DNA from: Eledone cirrhosa
Taxonomy: Eukaryota
Assembly (NCBI GenBank): GCA_964016885.1
Contig: OZ024749.1
Location: forward strand, 37,882,001 to 37,946,000
DNA length: 64,000 nucleotides
Reading direction: 5' to 3'
Part shown: piece after piece, positions 14,787-29,722 of the stretch
Position numbering within the stretch: the first letter of the stretch is position 1
Layout: each line of letters opens with the position of its first letter
Program-made: the position numbers and the translations under genes
Notes under the pieces: generated by a model
Seen by the model: the letters and a program-made list of their open reading frames with translations, nothing else
Databases searched by the model: none
What the model was told of the DNA's origin: nothing

Positions 14787-15259
14787 CTGTGTGTGTCTGT
14801 GTGTGTGTGTGTGTGTTTTGTATGGAAGCTCTGTTTGTATATGTATGTGAGTCTCAGTATGTGTATATGTATATATATAAATATATAGATTTATATATGC
14901 GTATGTGCATGCTTATGTGTCTGTGAATATATGTGGATGTGTGTATGTGTTTGTGACCTTCCCCTAATAACACACTGTAGCAGCCATGCTTGAAGGAACA
15001 ATTAGGCGGGAAAGAGAAAATTAAAATCTATAAATTAATAAAGTAATGGAAGAATAATAGGGCACTGTTGAAAAATAAGAAATATGGCTGGTAGGGGTCT
15101 GGTCGGGTGTTGTATATATGGTTGTCGTAGTGTGATGCTTGATGTGGTGTCGTGTATGGTGAGGTAGTGATGTTGGAGTGGTGGTGTTTCATAAACCGAC
15201 GCATGCATACACACACACACGCGCGTATACACACACACAAACACACACGTATATATATG

Positions 15260-15291
<32 letters not shown>

Positions 15292-15336
15292 ATATATATA
15301 TATATGAATATGAATATATATATTTATATATTTATA

Positions 15337-15415
<79 letters not shown>

Positions 15416-15511
15416 ATATATTTATATATATATATATACATATATATACATATATATACATATATATACATATATACATATATATACATATATACATATA
15501 TACATATATAT

Positions 15512-15601
<90 letters not shown>

Positions 15602-15752
15602 ATGCATATATACATAAACATATAAAGAGAATGACAGACGGCTAGAAAGATAAATATATACAAAGACAAATATATACATTGATAAATATATACGTACATA
15701 GATAAATATATACATAGATAAATATATACACAGATAAATATATAAATATATA

Positions 15753-15788
<36 letters not shown>

Positions 15789-15957
15789 ATAGAGACTAGG
15801 GCGTAGTTTTATGGCACTTAGAGTCCTGCATCTTGTTATTCATATTTTTTTTCATGACTTTTTACACGTATTGGGTAAGATATTCCTTCCTTGTAATTAT
15901 TACAGCGTTTATTGTTGTTTGCTATTAATGTTATTATTGCTATTGTTCTTAATGACG

Positions 15958-15989
<32 letters not shown>

Positions 15990-16158
15990 GCTGCTGTTTA
16001 CACCCTGTATATTTTTCTCTTAAAATGTTTGTTATGTATGAAATGAAATGAATAATTAAAATATAATATTCATTATTTGAACAAATTGTCTTGGGTCAAC
16101 AAAGATCAAGTGATGCGTGTATATACACACAGATACACACACAAAACATGTATGTATA

Positions 16159-16212
<54 letters not shown>

Positions 16213-16309
16213 CATCCATATATATACATATATATATACATATATATATGTATAAACAAATATATATTTATACTTATACACACACACGCACACAGACATA
16301 CATACACAC

Positions 16310-16342
<33 letters not shown>

Positions 16343-16414
16343 AAATATGTATATATATATATGTATATATACATATATATATATACACACATAAATATAT
16401 ACATATTCATGTAC

Positions 16415-16447
<33 letters not shown>

Positions 16448-16449
<2 letters not shown>

Positions 16450-16665
16450 AGTGTGTGTGTCTGTGCATGTTATATAAGATTTTTGAAAGCGTATTTTTAT
16501 ATATATATAAATGTTGTATTTGAAATTATACACACACACACACATCTATTTATATATATATATATAAGTGTGTGTGTCTGTGCATGTTATATAAGATTTT
16601 TGAAAGCGTATTTTTATATATATAAATGTTGTATTTGAAAGTATACACACACACATCTATTTATA
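16448..16665. repeat. Tandem duplication of about 115 bp
   Basis: AAGTGTGTGTGTCTGTGCATGTTATATAAGATTTTTGAAAGCG occurs twice. Confidence 0.85.
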
Positions 16666-16779
16666 TATATATACAGTACATCTATGTATGTTATATAAAC
16701 ATTTAATGATTATATTTATTTTAGTATAATGTGTACATTGAACTTTATATTCCCAGAATTATACATGCCAGTATGTATG

Positions 16780-16852
<73 letters not shown>

Positions 16853-17123
16853 GCTCCAGGAGCTTAGTTGGAGAACTCAGCCGTGTTTGTCTGTGCGTGT
16901 GTGTGTGTAAAACCGATGCGTGAAATATATGTAAAATATGAGATTGCAAATTATACATCGTGAAAAGCTACCATAAAGAAGTTTCGGGCGAATATCATGA
17001 CAGTTTAAATAAAGGGCCGAATATTACCCACCCACAAGATTTACATATATGGGTACAATAGGCATATGCTCTCAGCTATACACCATAACCTACGAAGCCT
17101 GTTGAAAGACCCATATATATATA

Positions 17124-17200
<77 letters not shown>

Positions 17201-17204
<4 letters not shown>

Positions 17205-18056
17205 TAGTTTTATTTTTTAAGAGTTATTTATCAAACTTGGGTCAGTTTGTCTTCATGACTTCTTCTTTGCATCTCACTCGATAAACCCGACATTGGCTTT
17301 GATGACGGCCTCAAGGCGGCCTCAGAACCGGCTACAGGCCTTCGTCACTGTCCCCCGACTTAGGCCCCTAAAGGCACTTGTGATCCTGGCCTTCAGATCG
17401 TCTTTCGTATTGCAGCTAGATCTGTTGGTGTCTCGTTCCACTGCGCCCCACACAAAGAAGTCGAGGAGATTGCAGTCAGGCGAACTGGGAGGCCAGATGT
17501 CAGGTGATGTGTGGTCGACGAAATTCTCTGACAGCCAGGCTTGGGTCTTTCGGCTGGTATGGCAGGGCGCTGAGTCTTGCTGCCACGCTACACGTAAGGC
17601 CTACCTGCAGCTACCTGGTCGATCCAGAGCTTTACTACCTCGCTCAGAACGCGGATATAGCCATCGGTGTTCAGCTTGAGGCCCTCAGGGACGAAGTGAG
17701 GTGGCATAACGTTCCCTTGACTGCTGACGACACCTAAGACCAATGTTGTCGCTGGAAACTTTGTCTGCATGACTCTGGGCACGTCTTTGGATGACACAGC
17801 GAGCCATCTGTTGTTCTGGGAGTTAATCTTCTGGTCTTATTTGTCCTTCCGGCGCGGATTCCAAGAAGAACTCCGTGTCTCTTCCACAAATTTGGAGATT
17901 CAAAATTATTCATAATCAATTATTCTGAAAATAAATAATGGAAATATAGTCACTGTTTTTATGAAGACAAATGAAGACAAGAGTGACAACGGAAGTAAAA
18001 AAAATTTGCATAAAATTAGCAGTTGAAAACTGAGAACAAATATCGTCCACACCCTG
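17201..18056 (-). mobile_element. Defective Tc1/mariner DNA transposon, DD37D (maT/mori-type), internally deleted and frameshifted
   Basis: Minus strand translates NSQNNRWL..TKFPA..GVVSSQGNVMPPHF..GRPYV then WQQDSAPCHTS..WPPSSPDCNLLDFFVWG, with 37 aa between the 2nd and 3rd D; TA-CAGGGTGTGGACGA TIR-like end at 18056; the N-terminus jumps directly into the catalytic domain. Confidence 0.9.
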
Positions 18057-18484
18057 TATATATATATATATATATATATACATATCTATATATATATATA
18101 TAATTGGTGTTGGATGCTTAAAGCCTTCCGTATGCGTTAGGCCATTTGAGCACTCGATTCTCTCATAGAGCAGAGTATGGTATCACAGAAAAAATGAGAA
18201 TCAGTGTTGCGACGAATGGAATTTATTGGACATATTACAATTGTTTCTCTGGCGACCAGCTCGAGGCACGATCGATGTGATGATCGAACCTGACTCTGAA
18301 AATCGCAAGGTCCTCAGATACGTCTTGATTCTACGAAGCACATTTTCTTTTTACATCGATATCCTTCGCCTGTCGGCTTATACCCATTTTATGAGTGGTC
18401 AAGAATTGTACACGTCATCGATATTTCTAGCCACTCGTGGTTGTCCACTATTTGGTTGTTTTCATTCTCCACCTGTCCAATTCG

Positions 18485-18568
18485 ATTGAACTCAGAACGT
18501 AAAGGGCCATAACTTTATGCTGCAAAGCATGGTGTCTGGCGCTCTACCAATACTGCCAATCCACCGCC
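18485..18568 (-). mobile_element. SINE 5' (tRNA-like) fragment
   Basis: TGAACTCAGA..GCTGCAAAGCATGG..TACTGCCAATCCACCGCC. Confidence 0.8.
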
Positions 18569-18676
18569 CTCATCATCATTATGTTAATTGTGTCTGTTAA
18601 TTCAAAATCAAATTCAATTTCTTCTTTTTGTTTATCTCAGCAATGCCCGTTTATTGTTCGCCTTTGATAAAAATGC

Positions 18677-18978
18677 GCTCACAACTCTCAGCCAATCGGA
18701 CTGATTCTTGGCTCACAACTCTCAGCCAATCGGACTGATTCTTGGCTCACAACTCTCAGCCAATTGGACTGATTCTTGGCTCACAACTCTCAGCCAATTG
18801 GACTGATTCTTGGCTCACAACTCTCAGCCAATTGGACTGATTCTTGGCTCACAACTCTCAGCCAATCGGACTGATTCTTGGCTCACAACTCTCAGCCAAT
18901 CGGACTGATTCTTGGCTCACAACTCTCAGCCAATTGGACTGATTCTTGGCTCACAACTCTCAGCCAATTGGACTGATT
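18677..18978. repeat. 34-bp tandem repeat, about 8.9 copies (GCTCACAACTCTCAGCCAATYGGACTGATTCTTG)
   Basis: Exact 34-bp period, a single C/T variable site, no spacers. Confidence 0.97.
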
Positions 18979-19369
18979 GTTATAAACTCAACTTTGGTGT
19001 TCTATATAGAGGTTTAGTGATAGTTAAAGACGATGACGTCTTTGGAGAAATTCTAGGCGTCGCGTCGACGAAAATCAACTAGCCACTCTTTTCCAAAGGT
19101 CTTTCACTCCAGGGCCCATGTCTAGCTTCCAGAAATCTCTACCCTGGCAGAACTACCGACAAGCTTTTCCAGTAAGAGATAAACTCTACATGCATGGAAG
19201 TCCTATCAGCCGTGTTTAACCGAGATGCGCGCAAGGCGACGAAACCGTGCTTACACGCACTTGTCCACTGTCCGAGTATTGCTGACTTATATATGCGTTT
19301 ATATATACAGAAATAAATGACTCTGGCAGTGTGGCACACAACTTTACAACTTTATATATATGTATATAA

Positions 19370-19400
<31 letters not shown>

Positions 19401-19401
<1 letters not shown>

Positions 19402-19571
19402 CGAAGGAAAAGTGGTAAGGAACCAGGTGGATCATAACGCACCAAAGTACTCAATACTTAGGGTAGTAGAGTGGGTAATAGGAGTAAGTAAGACCCCGAC
19501 GGCTGAGCTCAAGCCGTTTCGACGGCTAACATAGAATTAGCCGTCGAAACGGCTTGAGCTCAGCCGTCAGG

Positions 19572-19574
<3 letters not shown>
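19401..19574 (-). mobile_element. TA-inserted fold-back element, family A, copy 4
   Basis: Same sequence with a shorter right arm and a different loop (CATAGA). Confidence 0.75.
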
Positions 19575-19640
<66 letters not shown>

Positions 19641-19641
19641 C

Positions 19642-19674
<33 letters not shown>

Positions 19675-20175
19675 CCTCTGTGTGTGTGTGTGTGTGTGTG
19701 TGCATGTGTGTGTGTGTGTGTATGCATGTATGTATACATGTGTCAAAGCCTATAGTTTGAGTACACTCTTGTTTATACACGCAATAACTTTTTATGCATA
19801 CATATAAATCTTATATACATACAAACATACATACATACATAGATACATACATAGGTACATACATGAATACATATACACATACATGTGTATTTGTGTGTGT
19901 GTCTATGTCCGAGAGTTTGTGCGTGTGTGTGTGCATTTCTTGGTCTAACAGTCTGTGAAATTTCCGGGAGTTGTCAAGAAGCACCGTAGTGTAACATTCT
20001 CCTTTACCTTTAGCTCGCACCTCTCCCCTCCTATCACCATTGCTAATTTGGATCCTACCTCATTTTTCATACTTCCCTGCACACACTTATACACGTGTTT
20101 TCACAAATACACACACACACAAACACTTATGTATACATACTTATATACATACATATATGTACGTACATACATATG

Positions 20176-20226
<51 letters not shown>

Positions 20227-20349
20227 ATATAAACATATATGTATTCATATATATATACAGTATATATATAAACATATATGTATTCATATATATATATACA
20301 GTATTTATATATATATACATGTGTGTATGTGTGTGTATATATATATATG

Positions 20350-20427
<78 letters not shown>

Positions 20428-20794
20428 TATTTATATATATATACTCGACCCAGCATGACATTTGCACCCGTTGACCAAATCATTACTAGTTATAAAATTG
20501 AGTGAAATGTCGTCCTTCTTGCCATAAATGTCGTCTGTTAATATCACCGAGAATATAACTGAAAACTAGATTAGACGCCATATTGGAAAATGATGATTTT
20601 TTTTACATGAGGAAAGACAATGTCGCAGCTTAAATTTAAGGAAGAAGATATTCTTTTAGTGTGACGATGTGGTATTTAGGACTGTCCTGTGTCTTACATA
20701 GTAGATTAACGGTGGACGGTATAATATATGTGTATGATTATACGTATATGCATATATATATATACATATATATATATATGTATATATATATATA

Positions 20795-21519
20795 CCTTTT
20801 TTTTAGATTTCGAAAAATAAGATTTTGGGCTCTATCTCTCACATTTTGCCACTGATTTCGTTCCAATTTTAAAGCAAAATAGAATTTATCATTGCACATC
20901 CTGTAATGGCTTTGTATTTTGCATTTGTTGTTAAGGGACGGCGTGGCAGCCGCTTAAATATTAAAAAATACCACTTTTAGACTCAAATTTCCACTTTTTC
21001 GGCTCTAGCTCCCACATTAATCAACCTACTTTGTTCAAATTTTACACTATGCTAGATCTGATGCTAGGTCTTAAAGTGGCTTTACATTTTGTTCAGGAAC
21101 GGTGTGGCAGCCGCTTAAATATTCGAAAATACCACCTTTTCACTCAAATTTCCGCCTTTTCGGCTCTAGCTCCCACATTTTTCAACCGATTTCGTTCAAA
21201 TTCGAAACTTCGGCTCCACCTCACACATAAATCAATTTATTCGGTTCAACTTTTATACTACGATAGAACCTATCATTGTACATCTTATAGTAGCTTTAGA
21301 CTTTGCATTTTTTGTTCAGGGACAGCGTGGCAGCCGTTTAACTCTTCAAAATACGATTTTTTCCACCTCCCACATATTTCATACGAATTAACTCAACATT
21401 TCGCCATTTACTACACCTTACCACCGATTTTCAAGAAACTCGCAGTCGCTAAGATCAACACCTTTTCATCAAAGCAAATATTATTTTACCTGCCCAGGCA
21501 ACGCTGGGTACTGCTGCTA

Positions 21520-21520
<1 letters not shown>
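20795..21520 (+). mobile_element. Non-autonomous Helitron-like element
   Basis: 3' hairpin CCCAGGCAACGCTGGG followed by CTAG-T at 21517-21521; internal subrepeats (GTGGCAGCCG x3, TTCGGCTCTAGCTCCCACA); 5' boundary uncertain. Confidence 0.7.
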
Positions 21521-21559
<39 letters not shown>

Positions 21560-21720
21560 TTGTATAAATGTATATAATGAAACGAAGCTATCCAATAGGA
21601 GAGGTAGTAATTGTGATGGCTGTAGGTGAGGAAATGATGATGACACTTACATTTATGATAATGGTGATGGTGATGGTGTTGATGATAACGATGATAATGT
21701 TGATAATTGTGTTGTTGATT

Positions 21721-21789
<69 letters not shown>

Positions 21790-22401
21790 ATGGTGATGAT
21801 GATGGTGGAGATGATGATGATGATAATGATGATGATGATGATGGAGGTGGTGATGGTGATAATGGTGAAGATGATGATGATGATAATGATGATGATGATG
21901 ATGATGATGATGGTGGTGATCTATATATAATAGCAATAATGCCCTATTCCAGGTGACTTTTATAAATGACAGTTTCCTTGCGTGAGTGCTTCTGTTCTCT
22001 GAAGCGTGTACCATGTTTAGTTCGTGTGTGTGCGTGTGTGTATGTCAGTGTGTGTATGTCAGTGTGTGTGTTTTAGGTGTGTGTGTATGTCTATGTGTGC
22101 ATGTGTATATGTAGGTGAGCTTCTACGTTTATACGCAGATTCACACACATACACACACATACATTCATATATACATACACATGTATATTCATATATATAG
22201 ATATATTCGTATGTTTATATATATATATGTGCATGTATACACGTGTGTGTATATATATTTGTATGTATGTATATGTATATGTATATAATATATGATTTGA
22301 AAACAGCTTAAGCATTTATATCGAAACAGTTTATTATACATAAACATTGTATATGCCATCATACACACCCCTAGTTAGAAGCACACTATGTTAGTGCTAC
22401 A

Positions 22402-22444
<43 letters not shown>

Positions 22445-22504
22445 CATACATAATATGTATATTTATTATAAATAAATAAATATATATATATATATATATA
22501 TATA

Positions 22505-22567
22505 CAGTTCGGATCTAGCTGTCGAAACGGCCGGAGAGCTCAGCCGTCGGGGTCCTGACATTTTTCC
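22505..22567 (+). mobile_element. Diverged family A half-element
   Basis: TAGCTGTC-GAAAC-GGC..GCC-GTC-GGGGTCCT between TA tracts. Confidence 0.65.
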
Positions 22568-22571
22568 TATA

Positions 22572-22650
<79 letters not shown>

Positions 22651-22652
<2 letters not shown>

Positions 22653-22721
22653 GTAGTACACTGGAATGTAATATCCGTAGTGGTAGAGCACTCAGTCCAT
22701 GGGGCGAGTTTTGGTACTACT
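22651..22721 (-). mobile_element. Family C element end
   Basis: Reverse complement of the 4074-4138 core, inside a TA tract. Confidence 0.65.
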
Positions 22722-22734
22722 TATATATATATAT

Positions 22735-22942
<208 letters not shown>

Positions 22943-23184
22943 TCAGAATTTCGCAAATTACAAGAAAAAGGTCTTTTTTTAAAAGAATGCCGCCAAAGAG
23001 CTCGATAAATAACTACAATAGAGAGTTTGCCTGAGGTTGAACCACCACCCGAAGCTTTACTTTCAACAATAAATAATTATGTATCACCTGAAATAAAAAG
23101 AAAAACAAATATAATATATAAACTATAGAAAATATGGAAAATGATATGTTTAGTGAATGAAGCAATATACAAAATACGCAGACA

Positions 23185-23253
<69 letters not shown>

Positions 23254-23331
23254 ATATGTAAATACATACATCTATGTAAGTATATATATATATATATGTA
23301 CAGACACACACACATATATATTTATATGTTC

Positions 23332-23401
<70 letters not shown>

Positions 23402-23881
23402 GCATATACATATATATATATATGTATATATGTAAATATATATATATATATATTTAAATATATATATATGTATATATGTGTGTATATATATATATACATA
23501 TATATATACAGATATATATACATATATATATATATATATAGATATATGTATATATCTGTATGTATATATGTGTGTGTGTGATTTCATATATATATGTATA
23601 TATGTGTATATATATATATATAAATATATATATATATACATATATATATATCAGTATATACTTCCCCTCCCCGACATCTCCCCCGTCCACCTGTCATCAG
23701 TAAATGAAGCACCACACAACACACCATACCTTACCCCATCACCCCCTTAGAGTTATCTAGGTGCAGTTTGCGTCAAATAATATTCGTCCGTTCCACACCA
23801 TCACACACGTTATAAAACACATATACACACACATATATAAAGGTAGATAGATTTGTATGTGTGTACGATTATGAATATATA

Positions 23882-23961
<80 letters not shown>

Positions 23962-24085
23962 CACGCATATATATATACATATATATATACATTTATATAT
24001 ATATATATATATGTATATATTCATATATATATATACATATACAAATATATATGTATATATATATACATACATATATATATATATA

Positions 24086-24151
<66 letters not shown>

Positions 24152-24257
24152 ATTACACCGTATATAAATCGGACGCCCGCTTATAGAAACAATCATTCAT
24201 TACAAACACACTGAATGACAGACACACACACACAAATACATACACACACACACTCAC

Positions 24258-24353
<96 letters not shown>

Positions 24354-24569
24354 CGTGCCCGGTCACAGATTTGTCTTCATTTGAAATAGAACGAAACCAG
24401 GGTCGTCATCAATCCGTGTACGTTGTACCCGACAACCTGGAAACAACTGACAGTTTCCGTGTACAATACTGAGTAGTAGGTAACAACAACAACTACAATG
24501 ACTGCTTCGTCCATAACAACAATATTGTCAAGAACTGCACAACAATAAAACCAACAACAACAACAACAA

Positions 24570-24800
24570 ACAACTGTAAAAACCACCACAACAGCAACAA
24601 CTGTAAAAACTATTACAGCAACAACAACAACAACTGTAAGAGCCACCATAATAACAACAACTGTAAAAACTATTACAGCAACAACAACAACAACTGTAAG
24701 AGCCACCATAATAACAACAACTGTAAAAACTATTACAGCAACAACAACAACAACAACTGTAAGAACCACCATAATAACAGCAACAACAACAACTGTAAAA
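24570..24800. repeat. ACA-derived repeat of about 60 bp, about 3 copies
   Basis: ACTGTAAAAACTATTACAGCAACAACAAC..ACTGTAAGAGCCACCATAATAACAAC. Confidence 0.85.
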
Positions 24801-25120
24801 AGCAGCGCAAGAACAACAACAATAACAACTGTAACAACACTGTAACAACCACCACAACAACAACTGTAACGACCACCACAACAACATCAGTAACAATAAC
24901 ATCAACAAAAACAACAGCAACAACAACAGCAGCAACACCAGTAACAACACCAACACGAGCAACATCAGTAACAACAACAACAACAACAACAAGCAGTAGA
25001 AGTGAAGGCAGTCATGTATGGAATACGGCAAATATTTTAGTATAAAACATCAAAACAAAACAGTATACGATAATAATTCATTTATATGATAGTTAAGGCT
25101 TTCAGTGTAGGGTGTATATA

Positions 25121-25177
<57 letters not shown>

Positions 25178-25178
25178 T

Positions 25179-25216
<38 letters not shown>

Positions 25217-25221
25217 TTATA

Positions 25222-25266
<45 letters not shown>

Positions 25267-25324
25267 TTATATATATGTATATATGTATATATATATTTAT
25301 GTATATATATATGTATATATATAT

Positions 25325-25354
25325 ATCAAATGATTCTATGGACATACTTTATTG

Positions 25355-25427
<73 letters not shown>

Positions 25428-25443
25428 GCACAAACACTCACAT

Positions 25444-25495
<52 letters not shown>

Positions 25496-25571
25496 GTATA
25501 TATGTATATATATATTTATATATATATATGTATATATATATATCAAATGATTCTATGGACATACTTTATTG

Positions 25572-25646
<75 letters not shown>

Positions 25647-25662
25647 GCACAAACACTCACAT

Positions 25663-25700
<38 letters not shown>
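25325..25700. repeat. Tandem duplication of about 218 bp built around TA tracts
   Basis: ATCAAATGATTCTATGGACATACTTTATTG and CATGCACAAACACTCAC each occur twice. Confidence 0.8.
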
Positions 25701-25711
<11 letters not shown>

Positions 25712-25855
25712 TATATATATATATATATGAATATGTGTGTGTGTGTCTGTGTGAACTAGTAGGTGTTTTAGTATAAATGTTTTTAAGTGCCTTAATATAT
25801 ATCGTAAAAATCACGGCTCACCAGTCACACATAGATATATGTGTGTGTGTATATA

Positions 25856-25910
<55 letters not shown>

Positions 25911-25911
25911 T

Positions 25912-25997
<86 letters not shown>

Positions 25998-26044
25998 TAT
26001 GTATGTATGTATATATATATATATATATATATACATATATATAC

Positions 26045-26076
<32 letters not shown>

Positions 26077-26193
26077 GAGAGAGAGTGTGCATTTGTGCAC
26101 ATGTAACTATTAAACATGAAGGCATAAAAGTCAAAAGTAAGATAGATGGGATAGCGAAAATACATTTATATTAAATTCAGGATTCCATTTATG

Positions 26194-26316
<123 letters not shown>

Positions 26317-26347
26317 TTATATATATATATATATATATCTTATCTAC

Positions 26348-26432
26348 TCGACTGATGAAAAGCATCTTCAAATAGTCCATAATAAAATTGTATGTTGAAT
26401 AGAGGGAGATGCTTTGAAACCTCAGGTAGCGA
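26348..26432 (+). ncRNA. Type I hammerhead ribozyme motif
   Basis: CTGATGA (26352-58); 11-bp stem II AAAGCATCTTC/GGAGATGCTTT; GAAAC (26416-20); stem III ACC-TCA-GGT; GUA triplet; weak stem I TCG/CGA with a mismatch at the junction. Confidence 0.7.
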
Positions 26433-26577
26433 AAAATTGTGTCGGACAGATAAAACCTTTCTTCTCCTCTGTTCCGCATGTCACTCCCTCCTCGCTTATT
26501 CCATCCTTTTCCTCCAAGCGTGAACCTAATATGACTCTATATTTTTGTATCCCTATGTTTGCTTCGTTTTATTTATC

Positions 26578-26737
<160 letters not shown>

Positions 26738-26759
26738 GTATATATATAAATATATATAT

Positions 26760-26947
26760 TAAAAATAATAATAAATGTGAAGACCAAAATCCAAAGAGGG
26801 CTCGATAAGGATAAAAATATATCAAATATATAAGAACCCTAGAGCAAATATTTATTAAAATAGCAGATTAAAGTTTAAACAAAGAATCGCTGCTTTCACC
26901 CTTAACAAGGCCTCTTTGGATTTTAGTCTTCACATTTATTATTATTA
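26760..26947 (-). mobile_element. Element with inverted ends of about 36 bp and a truncated hammerhead (same family as 29651-29722)
   Basis: AATAATAATAAATGTGAAGACCAAAATCCAAAGAGG and its inverse; the interior shares AAAGAATCGCTGCTTTCACCCTTAAC with 29681. Confidence 0.65.
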
Positions 26948-26951
26948 CTAT

Positions 26952-27062
26952 CAAATCCCGCCGAAGTTAACTTTGCCTTTCATCCTTACGGGGTCGATAA
27001 AATAAAGTACCAGTAATACACTGGTTAATTGCTGGCCTTGTGCCTAACGTAGAAACAATTAT
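26952..27062 (+). mobile_element. SINE, 5'-truncated
   Basis: Core and tail match the consensus. Confidence 0.85.
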
Positions 27063-27583
27063 TATTACTATATATATATATGAAAATGTGCAGAATATGT
27101 GCAGAAAATAACTGTAACAATAGTCGATCCCTATATATAATGTCACGGAATTTCGGGAAATAAACGCCTAGAGACGGAAAAATAGTGGCCAGTAGCCGCG
27201 TTTTGCATCTCTAGGCTATTTTCTTTCCATCGATTTGCTATGATTTATAGGAAACGACTGCTGTTTAAATTACTTTTTCATTTTGTGTTCCTACATTTTC
27301 AAAAGTTTGAAAACTCAAAGCTTAAATGATTTATAAAAACTTACATATTATACTTACATATACACACACATATTCACAAACGCGCACACATACATCTATT
27401 CCTGCACAGAGTTCTTTGGTGATTTATTGCAATTTACTGGATTTTACTATCGAAAGGTTAGAGTTCTGTGACGAGGGGCACTTTATGCTCGAAAAATTTG
27501 AATAAAAATATCGTTTAACATGTTTACAAAATGCACGTTTTTTTTTTCTTTGGCAAAACTTTACAATAGCCACAAACAGGATT

Positions 27584-27637
<54 letters not shown>

Positions 27638-27921
27638 TGTGTGATGGGTGGTGTTGAGTACTTTCTTTTAGGTAACAAAAACAGAATATATCAGGCTTAA
27701 TGATCTTTTAGTATAATTGTTGTATATGTATATATATGTATGTGTATATATATATATGTGTGTGTGTGTGTTGTGTATGTGTGTGTGTGTGTGTATACGT
27801 ACACATAGACATACATATATGTGTATATATATACGTACATACATGTATGCATACATATATACATACATACATGACGGCTGCCCCATCGTTATCGAGTATG
27901 GCCATTGCACGAGAAAAAATA

Positions 27922-27997
<76 letters not shown>

Positions 27998-28008
27998 TAT
28001 ACATATAT

Positions 28009-28067
<59 letters not shown>

Positions 28068-28192
28068 AACACATACATATATATTAATAACAACAATAAT
28101 AGTAATAACAACAATAATAATAACGACAACAACAACAATAATAATATACATATATATATATACACACACACACGCACACACAGAAACACACC

Positions 28193-28223
<31 letters not shown>

Positions 28224-28286
28224 GATAGCAACTAACAGTGCTGTGATCGAATGTGGCTTTTTAGCCCTGCCAATGATCTAAAATAC

Positions 28287-28331
<45 letters not shown>

Positions 28332-28335
<4 letters not shown>

Positions 28336-28590
28336 GCTTCATACCCATCATTATTGGTGCTACGGGTTATATACCAACCCGCTTGGACCAAAGTATGACC
28401 GAACTTGGATTTGCGGACAAAAAGCGCAGCTCCCTAATTCATAGTCTACAAATGGCTGCGATAGCTGGCACCTTCAAAATATGCAAAACATTCTTGCGAT
28501 TCAAGGGATGACAATTTCTTTTCTTTTACAACCTTGCCACCAGGAAGGTGGCGTCAAAAAAATATACTCGAAATTAAGAGAAAGAGAAAA
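28332..28590 (+). mobile_element. 3' fragment of an RLE-type (R4/Dong-like) non-LTR retrotransposon inserted in (CATA)n
   Basis: FIPIIIGATGYIP..LQMAAIAGTFKICK resembles the VVPIVIGALG..LQKA..LGT C-terminus of the 40317 element; (CATA)n on both sides. Confidence 0.7.
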
Positions 28591-29102
28591 CATACATACA
28601 TAGATACATACATACATACATACATACATACATACATACATACATACATACATACATACATACATACATACATACACACATGTGTGTCTTTGTGCCCCTA
28701 CTTCCACCCCAAACGTGTTCACACATACTTTACTTTCATGCTTGGATTAACTTTAAATCTATATATTTATTTATTTATTGTCTTAACATGTCAGTTAGAA
28801 CTGTCAACACTGATTGTTCATTATTGATTTGCTTTCTGAATTAAAAGTTTTTCACCTCACTAATATCACCTCATTAACCCCACCTCAATAACACTAAACA
28901 TGCCATAAGCACCAACACTACCGCTATTACTATCACCTCACTAACACCGACAATACCAGCGCCACTCCCACCACAACCACCACCCCAACCACCACCACCA
29001 TCACAACCACCAACATCAAACACTAAAACAACTACTAGAACGTGAAACTCAGAGCAGTTTAAATGAGTAATTATATAAATGACTTATATAATAAATACAC
29101 CG

Positions 29103-29184
<82 letters not shown>

Positions 29185-29315
29185 GTGTGTGCGGTTCAAC
29201 TAAAGGGTGTTCAATAAAATATGCACTGGACTTAAAAAGTAATTACTAGGTCATTGTGAGCGACTAAATAACGTGAAGGCGGCGCCTTAACTTGGCGCGA
29301 CCGAACGAAAGAATA

Positions 29316-29362
29316 TGGACTGAGTGCTCTACCACTACGGATATTACCTTCTAGTGTTCCAC

Positions 29363-29366
<4 letters not shown>
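29316..29366 (+). mobile_element. Family C element end
   Basis: Matches 4090-4138 and abuts (TA)n. Confidence 0.6.
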
Positions 29367-29419
<53 letters not shown>

Positions 29420-29435
29420 ACATATATATATATAT

Positions 29436-29630
29436 GCAAAAGTTTTATTTAAATTGTTGGGATACAACAAGCAAATATTTTTATAACTGATATAAAGCAC
29501 TCGACAAATATTTGGAGTAGATATACGATATTAATAAATGGAAACTATATTTATAAAACCATATTTATTTCATTATATATATTTCAAGGATATGGTTTTA
29601 TAAATATAGTTTCCATTTATTAATATCGTA
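29436..29630 (-). mobile_element. TA-inserted fold-back element (same family as 38545-38790)
   Basis: CGATATTAATAAATGGAAACTATATTTATAAAACCATAT plus its inverse; the spacer ends at TTTCAAGG. Confidence 0.7.
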
Positions 29631-29671
29631 TATATATATATATATATATATTTATTAAATTAAAAGATTAA

Positions 29672-29722
29672 AGTTTAAGCAAAGAATCGCTGCTTTCACC
29701 CTTAACGGGATCTTCTGAAACT
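29672..29722 (-). ncRNA. Hammerhead motif with one core substitution (CAGAAGA)
   Basis: Minus strand: AGTTT-CAGAAGA-TCCCGTTAAGGGT-GAA-AGCA..TGCT-T-AAACT; 5-bp stem I, 4-bp stem III. Confidence 0.55.

Noticed and set aside
18677-18978. CRISPR-like 34-bp repeat
   Set aside because: Units are contiguous with no spacers, there are no cas genes, and the context is eukaryotic
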